The position numbers were made by a program, and so were the translations under genes. From Hyaloraphidium curvatum SAG 235-1 (taxonomy: Eukaryota > Fungi > Monoblepharomycota): 64,000 nucleotides of DNA. Within the stretch, counting starts at the first letter, position 1. Every line of letters starts with the position of its first letter. The notes under the pieces were generated by a model. The model was not told where the DNA came from. It was given only the letters and a program-made list of their open reading frames with translations, and ran no database searches. Below are positions 1 to 10,867 of the stretch, piece by piece. The stretch covers positions 635,275 to 699,274 of the forward strand of contig JAIVFI010000023.1 in NCBI GenBank assembly GCA_025558095.1, given 5' to 3'.

Positions 1-1109
1 CCCGTCGGCGCATCGCAGGCCCCGCGGGCACGGCACGCGCCTTTCCCTTCGCCCTTTCGTCAAGTCGGCCACCGATATCCGCTCCGTGGGTCCCTTCGGC
101 CACGTCAACCCCGACTCAAAGGCGCCGCCCTCCCGGGGCCCGTTGCCCGCCGGAGCCGCGCGGCTTCCCCCCATCTGCCCACCGAGAAAGGTCACCGCAG
201 CCTCCGGCGCCCCTCCGCCCCCGGGGCACGCCGCACGCGGCGGTCCCCTCCGGCCGCTCCGCCCCGACCGGCCCGCGCCGGCCACGCACACTACCGCGCC
301 CCGCACGCCCGGACCCGCACACATCCCATTTCAATGCCCTCCCGCGCCCTCCCGACCGTCCGATCCCGCACACAAGCGCCCGCGCCAAGCTCCGCAAGGC
401 CGGCGGCCGTGCCCTCGAGGAACCCCTGCCCTTCCCGTCCCCGCCCCTGCGTCCCCGCGCCGCACGCCGCACCCCGGCGCCGCACCCGCCGTCCGGAATC
501 CACCGATCGGCGGATTCCGCCCCCCATCCAACCGCGCCCGGGGGTGCCGGGCGGGATGGTGGCGGCCGCCCGGGATCCCGACCCGCCCCAGCCCGGCCGG
601 CGCCCGCCACAGCCCCGCCCGGTCCGCCCCTTTGTGCGATCCGCGAGGCAGAGGGGCGCGCATGCGGTGCCGGGCGGCATTGTTCGGCGGGAAGCCACGG
701 AGGGACGGGGACGGCTGGGGCGGGCTTCGCGGCCGCCCGGGGGTCCGCTTCCCCGGCTGGTCCAGCCCGGTCGGGGCGGGCCCGTGCACGGCTCCGGTCC
801 CCGGCTGGTCGGGAGAGGACGGATTCGCGGATGTGCGGACCCTGCGACGCATCGCAATGCGTCGGCACCGGGAATGCCGCGGTCGTTGCCTCCGCGCCCG
901 GGCTTGCCAAGGTCCGACAGACCGCAGCCCGCACTGCCGAGGCTCGGGAACGCGTTCGGGCCCCGCGCGAGGCCGCCACCGTGGTCGGGCGGAGGACGCG
1001 TTCCGCTCCACGGACGTGGCGCGCGTGCCTCGCGGCACAAAGCAGAAGCGCATACGGACCTCGCTTCTACTGCCGGCCCGGTTGCCCCGTTCCTCGTTGC
1101 TCCCCGGCA

Positions 1110-2280
1110 TCAGAGGTTCGCCGGGGCCGGCCCGCCCGCCCTCAGCCCCGAAAACGGCAGCGATCGCGGCGCCTGCCTCGGGTTGTGCGGCCAGACCTGG
1201 ATGCCGCGCTGGATGGTCACCGCGAGGGCTTCGCCTGGCAGGGGCGTGGCGGGTCCGATCAGCAGGAGGGTGCGAAGCAGCAAGGGGCTGCCGAACCGAA
1301 GATGGACTCGTCCTCGATCGCGTGCATGATGGCGTCCACGACCTGCTCCCTGTCCAGCCAGTCCCCCGCGCTCTTCTTGACGTACGGCCGCTCCTCGTAG
1401 CTCCCGTCGGCGCGACGGTGCTCGATCGGGGTCGCGGTGAAGCCCGTCTGCGCGCCGCCGGGGCAGATGCAGTTGGCGCGGATGCCGCGGGATTTGAGGC
1501 CGGCGAGGGAGCGGACGAAGGCGACGACGCCGGTCTTGGCGGCGGCGTCTGCGGGGGGAAAGTAGTGGATGTGAGCCGGGCGGCGAAGGGACCCGTGAGG
1601 CGGCCCCGCCACCCACAGACGGGCATGTCCGGCACCGGAAACAGCCCCGCCATGCTGCTCGTCAGCACCACGGCGCCCTTGTCCTTCTTCCCCTTCTCGA
1701 AGGCCGTCAGCGCCATCCGCGTGCCGATGATGGCGCCGGTGAGGCACACGTCCAGGCACTGCTTCCACGTGTCGTCGCCGTCCTCGGTGAAGATGCGCTT
1801 CTCGGGGATGCCGGCGTTGCCCACGAAGATGTCGACGGAGCCGAAAGTTCGGAAGGCGAGGTCGAAGAGCGCCTGTGAATCGCAAGAGCGGCTTTGCGTC
1901 GGTGCCAGGCCGACAGCTCGACGTCCCGCCCGCGACCTACCTGGTTGTCCTCGAACTTTGTCACGTCGCACCTGCCGAACACCGCGCACCCCGCCCCGTG
2001 CTTCTCCTCGAGCTCCTTGACGACACGCCGCCCGCCCGCCTCGGACACGTCGCCGACGACCACGCGGCAGCCTTTGGACGCCAGGCGGTGGCAGAGCCGC
2101 TCGCCGAAGCCCGATGCGCCGCCTGGAGGGGAGGGAGGTGTGGGCGGCGCGGAGGGGACAGGTTCCGCCGGGCGGGCATACCGGTCACGACGGCAACCTG
2201 CGGGCGGCAGGGAGGTCGGCGGCGCGACATGGGCCGCGCGGCGGGCACAGTACCTTTCCGGAGACGTCGAAGCGCGACAT
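1110..2280 (-). CDS. Classical short-chain dehydrogenase/reductase (15-hydroxyprostaglandin dehydrogenase-like), multi-exon
   Basis: Spliced model MSRFDVSGK|VAVVTG|GASGFG...CDVT...NAGI...SSMAG...PV|YAAAK...ANL*. It has the Rossmann TGxxxGxG and catalytic YxxxK motifs, both split by GT-AG introns. Confidence 0.85.
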
Positions 2281-2497
2281 TTCGGGGCGGAGGGTCGAGA
2301 CAGGCGGCGGGAGAGCGTTGGGAGACACGGACGGAGGTAACTTGGCACGCGCTAGCTTTCCCAGTCACGACCTTCGGACCACTTCTTGCACCGCGATTTT
2401 CCATTTTCAGCTAATCTCCGAACCGTGGCCATTTGAGGTTGTCAACAGTCGCCCCGGTTCGAGATGTCGTCTTCGGGGATATACCCAGCCTGCATCC

Positions 2498-3171
2498 TCA
2501 GTCGCGGCCCTCGCCCGCCTCCGCACCTTCCCGCGAAGCCTGATCGCCATCCTGACCGCTACCCCTCGCAGCATTCGCCAGAGTCTCGGACGCCGCGGCC
2601 TTTGGCTCCTCCGCGGGCGTGCACGACGCCTTGTGCAAGGGATAGTGCCTTTTCTGACACTCTGCCGAGCAGTAGAAGGTTGTTTTGCATCGTGAGCACC
2701 GTTTAATTCCTTCTTGGTCTCGAGCGCGCCGCACTTTGCGCACGACAGGTAGGTCGCCGTCGTGTTTTCCTTGGTCGCGCCCAGTCCCGCCCCGCGCTCC
2801 TGGGGCATCTTCCACGTCAGCGCCTCCAGCGCTGCGTAGCATTTGGAGCCCTGGGCGCCGCACGCCGTGGTGACGAACTCGGTGACCAGTCCTTTCCCGC
2901 TGTCTTGGCTCCACGCTTAGTTGGCATTGAAGCAGCGCACCATCGTCTTCTTGGAGCACAACGCGCACCGCATCTCGCGCATCGCGAGGGACCGGTTCGA
3001 CCGTGCAAGTCCGGACATGGCCGCGTCGCGCTCGCGCTCGCATTTTGCGTCCACGATGTCGCCGTTGTCCGGGCCCGGGATCCGCGCGATGGAAAAGCGG
3101 CCGGTGCCGGTGCCTACGGTGCGGCCGCGGCCGTCGACCCAGACGAGGTTGTACTCCACGTCGACGGGCAT
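2498..3171 (-). pseudogene. MYND zinc-finger protein, probably a pseudogene
   Basis: CAKC...KRCSRCKTTFYCSAECQKRHYPLHKASC is a MYND finger. The frame has an in-frame TAA at 2917-2919 and a frameshift near 2705-2725 between the first and second CxxC. Confidence 0.65.
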
Positions 3172-3289
3172 CGGGGACTCGACACCCAGGATGCAACCGC
3201 GAGACGACGGGAACGACGCGGGAGCAAGGGACTTTGAGCTTTTCCCGACATCCGACATTTGTCCCCCGCTCGGACAGCGGTTCTCCGAG

Positions 3290-4219
3290 ATGGTCCGCGT
3301 CGCCTTCATCCACGGCAACCCCGAGACCACGGCGCTCTGGGACGCCCTGCGTGCCGAGCTCGCCAAGCACGGCATCACCGACACCCACGCGATCCCGCGC
3401 CCGGGCCACGACATCCAGCCCGTGCCCAAGGGCTTCACGGCGACGGGGCAGGCGTATTTCGAGCACCTGGCCGAGAAGCTCAAGGAGCTGGGGAAGGATG
3501 GGACGCCGGTGCACCTCGTGGGACACGATTGTGGGTTGGCCGTGTCTCCCGCTCCAGTTCCTCGACATCTGACCGCTCGTCGGGCGACTTTTGCACTTGT
3601 TCTCAATTATGACATATCAGGGGGCGCCATCGACGTGTACAACGTCGTCGCCCAGGCCCCCGAGCTCGTCGCCTCCTGGGCCGCCGACTGCGCCGGGCTC
3701 CTCCACCCCGACTACACCTGGCACCCCGGCGCGCAGATCTGGCAGGGCCCTCCACCCGCGGGCGAGAACTGGATGAAGGAGAACATGTGCGGGGCGCCCC
3801 GCGAGGTCCGCCTCAAGACGCTGGAGAGCTTCGGCGTCAAGGGCAAGGACGCCGAGATCATGGCGGACGCGATGACGGACGAGATGGCGTGGTGCCTGCT
3901 GGCGGCGTGGGTGGCGTCGGCGAGCTTGCGACGGACGTGCAGCTCACCACCGTGCCGCCCCAGTTACCGTTCCGTCGCCCAACCCAAGATGATCGAGCTC
4001 GGCAAAGCCTGCGAGGCCAAGAGCCCCAAGAAGCCCGGTCTGGTGATCATCGCAGAGGGTGACCACTTTGCCGGAACGATGGACATGGCCAAGGAGGTTG
4101 CGGGGAAGCTCAAGGCCAAGACCCACGTGCTGCCGGTCGTCGACCACTGGTGGATGCTCGAGGACAGGGATCCGAAGGCGGGAGCCAAGATGCTGGTCGA
4201 CTTTTGGAAGTCCCTGTAG
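3290..4219 (+). CDS. Alpha/beta-fold hydrolase (epoxide hydrolase/dehalogenase-like)
   Basis: HGNPET oxyanion motif; the nucleophile elbow GHD|WG is restored by an intron at ~3531-3619; C-terminal D and HWW catalytic residues; a second intron near 3890-3960. Confidence 0.8.
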   Translation: MVRVAFIHGNPETTALWDALRAELAKHGITDTHAIPRPGHDIQPVPKGFTATGQAYFEHLAEKLKELGKDGTPVHLVGHDCGLAVSPAPVPRHLTARRATFALVLNYDISGGAIDVYNVVAQAPELVASWAADCAGLLHPDYTWHPGAQIWQGPPPAGENWMKENMCGAPREVRLKTLESFGVKGKDAEIMADAMTDEMAWCLLAAWVASASLRRTCSSPPCRPSYRSVAQPKMIELGKACEAKSPKKPGLVIIAEGDHFAGTMDMAKEVAGKLKAKTHVLPVVDHWWMLEDRDPKAGAKMLVDFWKSL

Positions 4220-4535
4220 TCGCGGCGTAGGAGGTAGAATGTCAGTTATTGAAGGAAAGCTGAGCGGTCAGATTTCCTGGAGCGGGGATCAGCGGATATG
4301 ACCATTAAGACTCGTTCCTGCCACATTCCACCTCGGACTATGATCAACTCTCCGAAACATTCTTTGGAGTCCGAGATCTGGCTGCCTGGAGCAGCCAACG
4401 AGGCGTGCCGGGCGTGCTGGGGTCACGTGGGTCTGAACCGTCAAGTTGGGGCGACCGCCCCACCAACTCCGTCTACAACAAACGCAATGGCTTGCTGAGG
4501 AAGGATTTTGCTGGCCTTTCCACGCGTCCTGGACG

Positions 4536-7500
4536 ATGGCAGCGGCGGCTTCGCTGTTTGGCGCGGTGCGGCGGGGCGACGCGGCGGCGGTGCGGGCGCT
4601 GCTCTTCCCGGGCGAGGCCGGCGGCGAGGACGAGCTGCCGCCGCTGTCCAGCTCGCTGCCGAGCGGCGGCAGCCTCGGCGGGAACCCCAGCCGCTGGATC
4701 AACGCCGCCGATGCCGCCGCCCAGCGCACACCGCTGCACGCGGCCGTGGCTGCCGGACACGCCCACATCGCAGCCCTGCTGCTGCGGCACCCGCAGACGA
4801 ACCCCGCGCCGAAGGACGGCGAATCGGGCTGGACGCCGATGCACCGTGCCGTGTATGCCGGCGACGTGGGCATGGCCATGCTGCTGGCGAGGCACAGGGG
4901 GGCGAACCCCACCGAGAGGGACAAGGAGGGCAACTCGTGGGCCGACCTGCTCAACTCGACCTACGAGGGCTCCAAGCCGCGCTCGTCGAAGGCCAAGGCG
5001 TCCTCAAACACGCAGCCTGCCTCGAAGAGGCAGATCCCGACCGGGCAGCGCCTCCTGCCGCCCTCGACAAAGTTCCTTGCGCCGTCGGCCCAGACCACGC
5101 CCAACCACTCGGACGACTCGGACAGCGGGGATGAGGACGCGTCGGACGACGAGCCCGAGTTCGCTTCGCTCTCATCCTCACCGCCCCGCAACGGCAAGCC
5201 GCGCCGCCCGCGCCCCGGCGCCGACACCGACGTGCCCGCGGCCCACTCCCTCTGGACCTGGGGCGCAAACCACAACTTTGTCCTCGCCCACGGCACTCCC
5301 GACTCGCGGCAGTTTCCCGAGCGCGTGCAGGACCTCCCCGCCGGCGTCCCCTGCTCCCTCGAATCCCTCGACTCCCACCTCCCCGCAGTGCGCGACGCCC
5401 GCATGAGCAAGTACCACGCCTGCGCCGTGCTCGCCGATGGTCGCCTCTTTGTCTGGGGTTTCGGCTCGTCTGGCCGCCTGGGGCTGGGTCCCGAGGTCGC
5501 GGGGCCGGTGCTCCGCCCGGCGCTGCTCGCGGACGGGGTCCGAACGGCGGCGCTGGGGACGGACCATACACTGGTCGTCACCGTCTCGGGGGCGCTGCTG
5601 TCGTGCGGGGCCAATGCTGCGGGGCAGCTGGGGTACCCGACCGAGGTCAGGGGGGACGCGGTGCAGCCCGAGTGGAGGCTCAAGGAGGTGATGCGACGGG
5701 GGGTTGTCGGGTGCGCGTCGGGCAAGGAGCATTCGGTGTGCTGGACCGACTCGGGTGCCGTCTTCACGTGGGGCAAGAACGGCGGGATGCTCGGTGGGTG
5801 TTCGCGAACCTGATCTCCGCGTTCATCTCGTTTGCTGACTGCGTTTGTCCCGTCATTAGGACACCACAACCTGCCTCCGAACGCCATCGTCGCCACTCCC
5901 CGCAAGCTCGCCTCTTTCCACTCTCCCCAGGTCCTCCAGATCGTCTGCACCTCCTCCGCCACCGCCATCCTGCACGCTCCCACCCCGCACGAGCGCGCCG
6001 TCCTCGTCCTCTCCAACGGCGAGCACCACCGGGTCTCCTTCCCCGTCGCCCCCTCCTTCCCCCGCCACATGCGGCACTACACCTCATCCTCCCAGCTGGA
6101 GCAGCAGCGCCGGCACGGCACCGCGCGGCAGCACCGCATCGCCCGTCTCGCGGCTGGGAACCACCAGTTCGCCGCGCTGACCAGTGCGGGGGAGGTTTTC
6201 CTCTGGACGCCGCCACAGGAGGGGTTCGAGAATACCTGGGTGCACCAGACCTTCCCGCAGGCCAAGCCCAAGCGGATCTGGGCGGTGCGCAACCGCGCGT
6301 GGCTGGCGGCAAGGGACGTGGCGGTGGGGATCGACGGCGCGATCGCGGTGGCAACGCGGTCGGGGCACGTGTTTGCGGGCACCCGCCGCGACAAAGCCAA
6401 GCAGCGGCCCGCGGCGGACCGCGGCGCGGGCGAGACGGACGTGGTCTACTTCAAGTACAGGCAGGTGCCGCTGCTACAGCACGCCACGAGAGTGGTGGCG
6501 TCGGCTTCGGGCGGGTTCGGCGCGCTGCGGGTGGACGAGAGGCCGGGGGGGAGGGCGAACGGCGAGGCGGGGAGGCTGAGGAGGGAGCTGGGGAGGTTGG
6601 TGGACGAGGCCGGGGACGGGGACATCGCGCCGGACGTGGTGATCGAGGTCGAGGGGCTCAAGGGAACCGAGGAGATCGGGGCGCACAGGTGCATCCTTGC
6701 CGCACGGTCGTCGTACCTGCGCGGGCTGTTTGAGCGGGCCGGGGGGCTGCCCGTGGGCGGGAAGCTCGACGGCGAAGGCGGGGTCACGGTTGAGAGGCTC
6801 CTGCAGGACAATTCGGAGGAGGACAGGCCGGCCCTGCGGGTGGCGATAGCGGGGGTCTACTCGCAGAGCGTGGTGCCGCTCCTCCAGCTCGCCTACTCGG
6901 CTTCCTTCTCCAAGACCTGGGACCACACGGCTTTCTCCCCCGAGGGGCGGCAGCGCAAGGGCGGGGCCTCCAAGGGGCCGACCGCCGCGACTGTTTACGC
7001 GGACTTCCGCCGCCTGGTCAGGCAGTTCGGCCTCGGCGACCCGGACGTGGCGCAGTTCTCGCAGGAGCAGGACCGCCTCTCGCGCGAGCACTCCCAGGCC
7101 ATCATGTCGCTGGTCGACGTTTCGGCGGCGGCCAAGCGACCCTCCGTTCTCCCCGACACCGTGCTCCGCCTCGCGGACCGGGACGTCGAGTGCCACCGCG
7201 CCATCCTCGTGGCGCGCTGCCCCTTTTTCCACGCGATGCTGGGCAGCGGACCACGCTGGGCGCTGCAGCGCGACGAGCGGGGCAGGGTGGTGGTGATGCT
7301 GGAGCACCTGCGGTGGGAGGTGGTCCGCATCCTGCTGGCGTGGATGTACGGCGACGGCGGCGCGGCGGAGCTGTTTGCCGACGTGCGGACGCCCTCCGTG
7401 GGCTCCTTCTCGGCGTTCTTGGTCGAAGTGCTGGCGGCCGCGACGGAGCTGCTGCTGACGCAGCTCAAGGACGTGTGCGGTTCCATCCTCGTGCGCACGC

Positions 7501-8982
7501 TAGATCTGCGCAACGTGAGGCAGCTACTCGAGACGGCGGACACGTACGATGCCGAAGGTCTAAAGCACGCCTGCCTGGATTTCGTATGCTGGAACTTGGA
7601 ATCGGCGATCGAGACGGGGATGCTCGAGGGCATGGAGCCGGACCTGGTGGAGGACGTGTCGGTGCGGCTCCGCGAGATGCAGGCGGCAAAGTACCCCTTC
7701 ATCCGCGGGGAAGACGGGTACTACGCCCAGATAAAGCGCGAGGCGGCGCGCGTGGAGGAGGAGAGGAAGCAGCGGCGGCGGGTGGACTTTGGGGAGCGAA
7801 AGAAGCTGGAGGAGCTGTCGCGGTCGCTGGACGACAGCACCATCAACCAGCTGATCGCCAACGGGGCTTTCGATCCGCAGCCCGCGGCCGAGCCGGAGGG
7901 CGGCAGCAGCGACGATGAGCGCCTGGACAAGCCTGGGAGGATGCCACGAAGCAGCTCGGGGAGGAACGACGACGACATCTTCGAGCTCGAGATGGAGGAC
8001 GGGCAGGGCAGGGAGGCGCAGGCGCAGGCATCTCCTTGGGCCAAGTCTGCTCCGACGGCGGCGCCCGCGAGGCTGCTTTCCTCGCCGCCGCCCAAGGCCT
8101 CTGCCAACAAAGTGGACGGCGGGGCGGGTTCCAAGCGCGCGCCGAAGGCTGCCTGGAAGAAGGTCGACCTTACCACGGGCAAAGTGGTCGAAGATGAGCC
8201 ACCTGCCGCACCCGAAGCGGCCAAAGGCGGTCTCGTCGGAGGGTCAACCCAGACGTCGCCCGCACCGCCAAAGACCTGGAGCATCCCCGTCGTCGCCAAG
8301 CCGTGAGTTTTGTGAGACCCAGCTTTCATCCGTGCCTCGTTGACGCCTTCTTTGCCAGCCAACGCACGTCGCTCCTGGACATCATGTCCGAGACTCAATC
8401 CAAGTCTTCCAAAGCACCCTCACGCGCCCCCAGCCTCAGCTCCAGCCCCGCGGCGCCCCTTCCCCCCGCCCCCCGCAACGTCACGCCACCCTCCGTCTCC
8501 GGCACGGCACCGCGTGCCGTGCGGTCGAGCACCTGGACGTCGACGTCTTCCACCTCAAACCCCACGAGCCCCATGGCATCTCCGCCGCCCTCGGCCATCC
8601 TATCGCAGCTCGCGCAGCAGGGAGGCCCGCCCTCCATGGCCACCCTCTCACTGGGCAGTACTGCTGCTTTCGTCACCTCATCGGGCAGCCAGAAGGACCG
8701 CCGCAAGAGCGCGCGCAACGCGGCCGGCGGCAGCCCCGTGCTCGGTCCCACAGCGGCGGCGGCGCCCAAGGCGTGGAAAGGCTGGGCGCCGATCGAGGTG
8801 CCTCCGCCGGCGCCGTTGGCCACCAGCCCACCTCGGCCACCCAGCCCGACGACGCTGGCTGCCAGGCTGAGGGAGTTTCCGGCCATTTCGGGGTCTTCCA
8901 AGGAGGCGCCCGGCCGAGAGAAGGTCTGGTGATTGTTCTGTCTCGCAAACTGTTTCAGACGCAGGCCGCTGTACATATCTGA
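4536..8982 (+). CDS. Ankyrin-RCC1-BTB-BTB protein (IBTK / S. pombe Btb1-like Cul3 adaptor)
   Basis: Ankyrin repeats (TPLHAAV, ESGWTPMHRAVY), RCC1 repeats (WGFGSSGRLG, GANAAGQLG), two BTB domains (AHRCILAARSSY, CHRAILVARCPFF) and a low-complexity tail. Introns at ~5795-5860, ~8303-8358 and possibly ~8923-8958; the 3' end is uncertain. Confidence 0.88.
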
Positions 8983-9229
8983 TCGCGGCCACCTGCTGCT
9001 GCTGGCTCTTGGCACACCTGATGTATATGGAATCTGAATCGACGCAGTTCTTGCAGCTCTTCAAGGGGGATAGCGGGTAATCTCGATGACGACTTGATCT
9101 AGTCGGACTCAGGATCCCTTGCGGAACCCCCGAACAACGTCAACAACAGTGTGCGCCCACTGAACAGCGCCGCCCGGTAACTGCTGGTGCCGGAGAGCAT
9201 CTAAGTGTCTCTGTCGACACCGCACAAAG

Positions 9230-10813
9230 ATGGACGCCAATTCGGCCGTGGACTCGGCCGTAGACGTCGACGCACCGCCGTCGCCAACGCGGCTCGTCGG
9301 CGAGCTGCAGGAGACGCGGGCGACGCTGAAACGGACCCAGGCGACCCTTCGCCGGGCCGAGGAGCGCGCCCACGCCGTCGAGCAAGCAGTCGCGCCCTTC
9401 CTCCCGCGTCAATTCGTCGAGATCCTCGGGAAGTCAGACTTCACCGAGATTCGCCTCGGAGACGCCCGGGAGTCGAAGTTGACTATCTTCTTTCTGGATA
9501 TCCGCGGATTCACGACCCTCGCGGAGGGCATGACTCCGGCGGAGGTGTTTGCCTTTGTCAACTCCTTCTTCGCCGCGCTGGTCCCAGAAATCGAAGCACA
9601 TCGCGGTTTCGTGGACAAGTACATTGGCGACGCCATTATGGCGCTGTTCCCGGGGGGCCCGGGCTCGCCCTCGGGTGCCGAGGATGCGATAGCCGCCGCC
9701 AACGCGGTGCTCGCCGCGCTGGACAGGTTCAACGCGGCCCGAGAGGGCGTCCCCGTTCGCGTGGGGATTGGTCTCAACACGGGCCCGGCAATCGTGGGCA
9801 CCGTGGGCACCGGGGAGAGGATGGAGACAACGGTCATTTCGGACGCCGTGAATCTGGCGTCGCGGCTCGAGAGCCTGACAAAGGTGTACGGCGTCCCACT
9901 CATCATCTCCGAGGCCACGCTGTACGCTTTGGGGCATCTCCCAGGGCCGACGACCAGGTTCCTGGACCGGATCAGGGTCAAGGGGAAGAACCAGCCTCAT
10001 TCCATCTACGAGTTGTTCGACTCGGACCCGGAGCCGCTGCGGGAAGCAAAATCTCGGACCAGGACGATGTTCGAGGAAGCCGTGGCGCTGTACGCGCACA
10101 AGGACGCCGCAAGGGCGCTCCCCCTCTTTGAATCCTGCCTGAAAGAGGCGCCGCAGGACCTCCCCGCGATGGTCTACACAGACCGGTGCCGTGCGTTCCT
10201 CGCCACGGGCGCGCACGAGGGCAGCGGCGAGCTGCTGGCGACCACGCCGTGGCGGGACGAGTTCACCGTCGGTGTGGACAAGATTGACGAGCAGCATCAC
10301 GAGCTACTTGATGCGTTCAATCGGTTGGCCCCTTGCCTCACGGGCGGCGACGCCGAAGAAGTCAAGGACGTTCTGGCCTTCATCGACAGCTACGTCAACG
10401 ACCATTTCGGCATGGAGTACCACCTGATGAAGGATCACGACTATCCTTTCATGCAGGAGCACCTGCGCGAGCACCGCAGCTTCGTGGAGCACTTCCGGAG
10501 ACTCCGCGAAGACATCGAGTCGCGGAGACACGCACAGCCTTTTCTTGTCTTCATGATTCAGACGCTGCTGATCGATTGGTTCGGTGAGTGAGGCAACGGG
10601 CTTCCAAGCACGATAAGAGATCATCATCTGACTCTCCGATCCCCAGCTAACCATTCGACCGGCACGGACCGGCACCTGGCCAAGTTTCTGCGGCGGCTTT
10701 GGGACGGGCGCAGCCGGTCGCCATCGGACGAGCGGCCGCCCGAGATCGTGGACGGGGTGGCGGAGATGAACGTGCCGGAATGGTCGGCGCTAACAGCGAC
10801 AAACCCGCAATAG
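9230..10813 (+). CDS. Class III adenylate cyclase with a TPR-like helical region and a C-terminal hemerythrin domain
   Basis: Cyclase motifs FLDIRGFT, DKYIGDAIMA and TVISDAVNLASRLE. Hemerythrin motifs W...G...IDEQH, HFGME and HLREH, and after removing intron 10584-10646, WFANHSTGTD. Confidence 0.9.
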
Positions 10814-10867
10814 ATCAAGGTCCACCTGCGTCGATCCGACCCGACTTTTGTCTATTGCATCTGTCGA

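Noticed and set aside
86-2020. Long R/P/A/G-rich ORFs here and throughout the six-frame track
   Set aside because: They are shadow or antisense frames of GC-rich DNA overlapping better-supported spliced genes, and carry no recognisable motifs.
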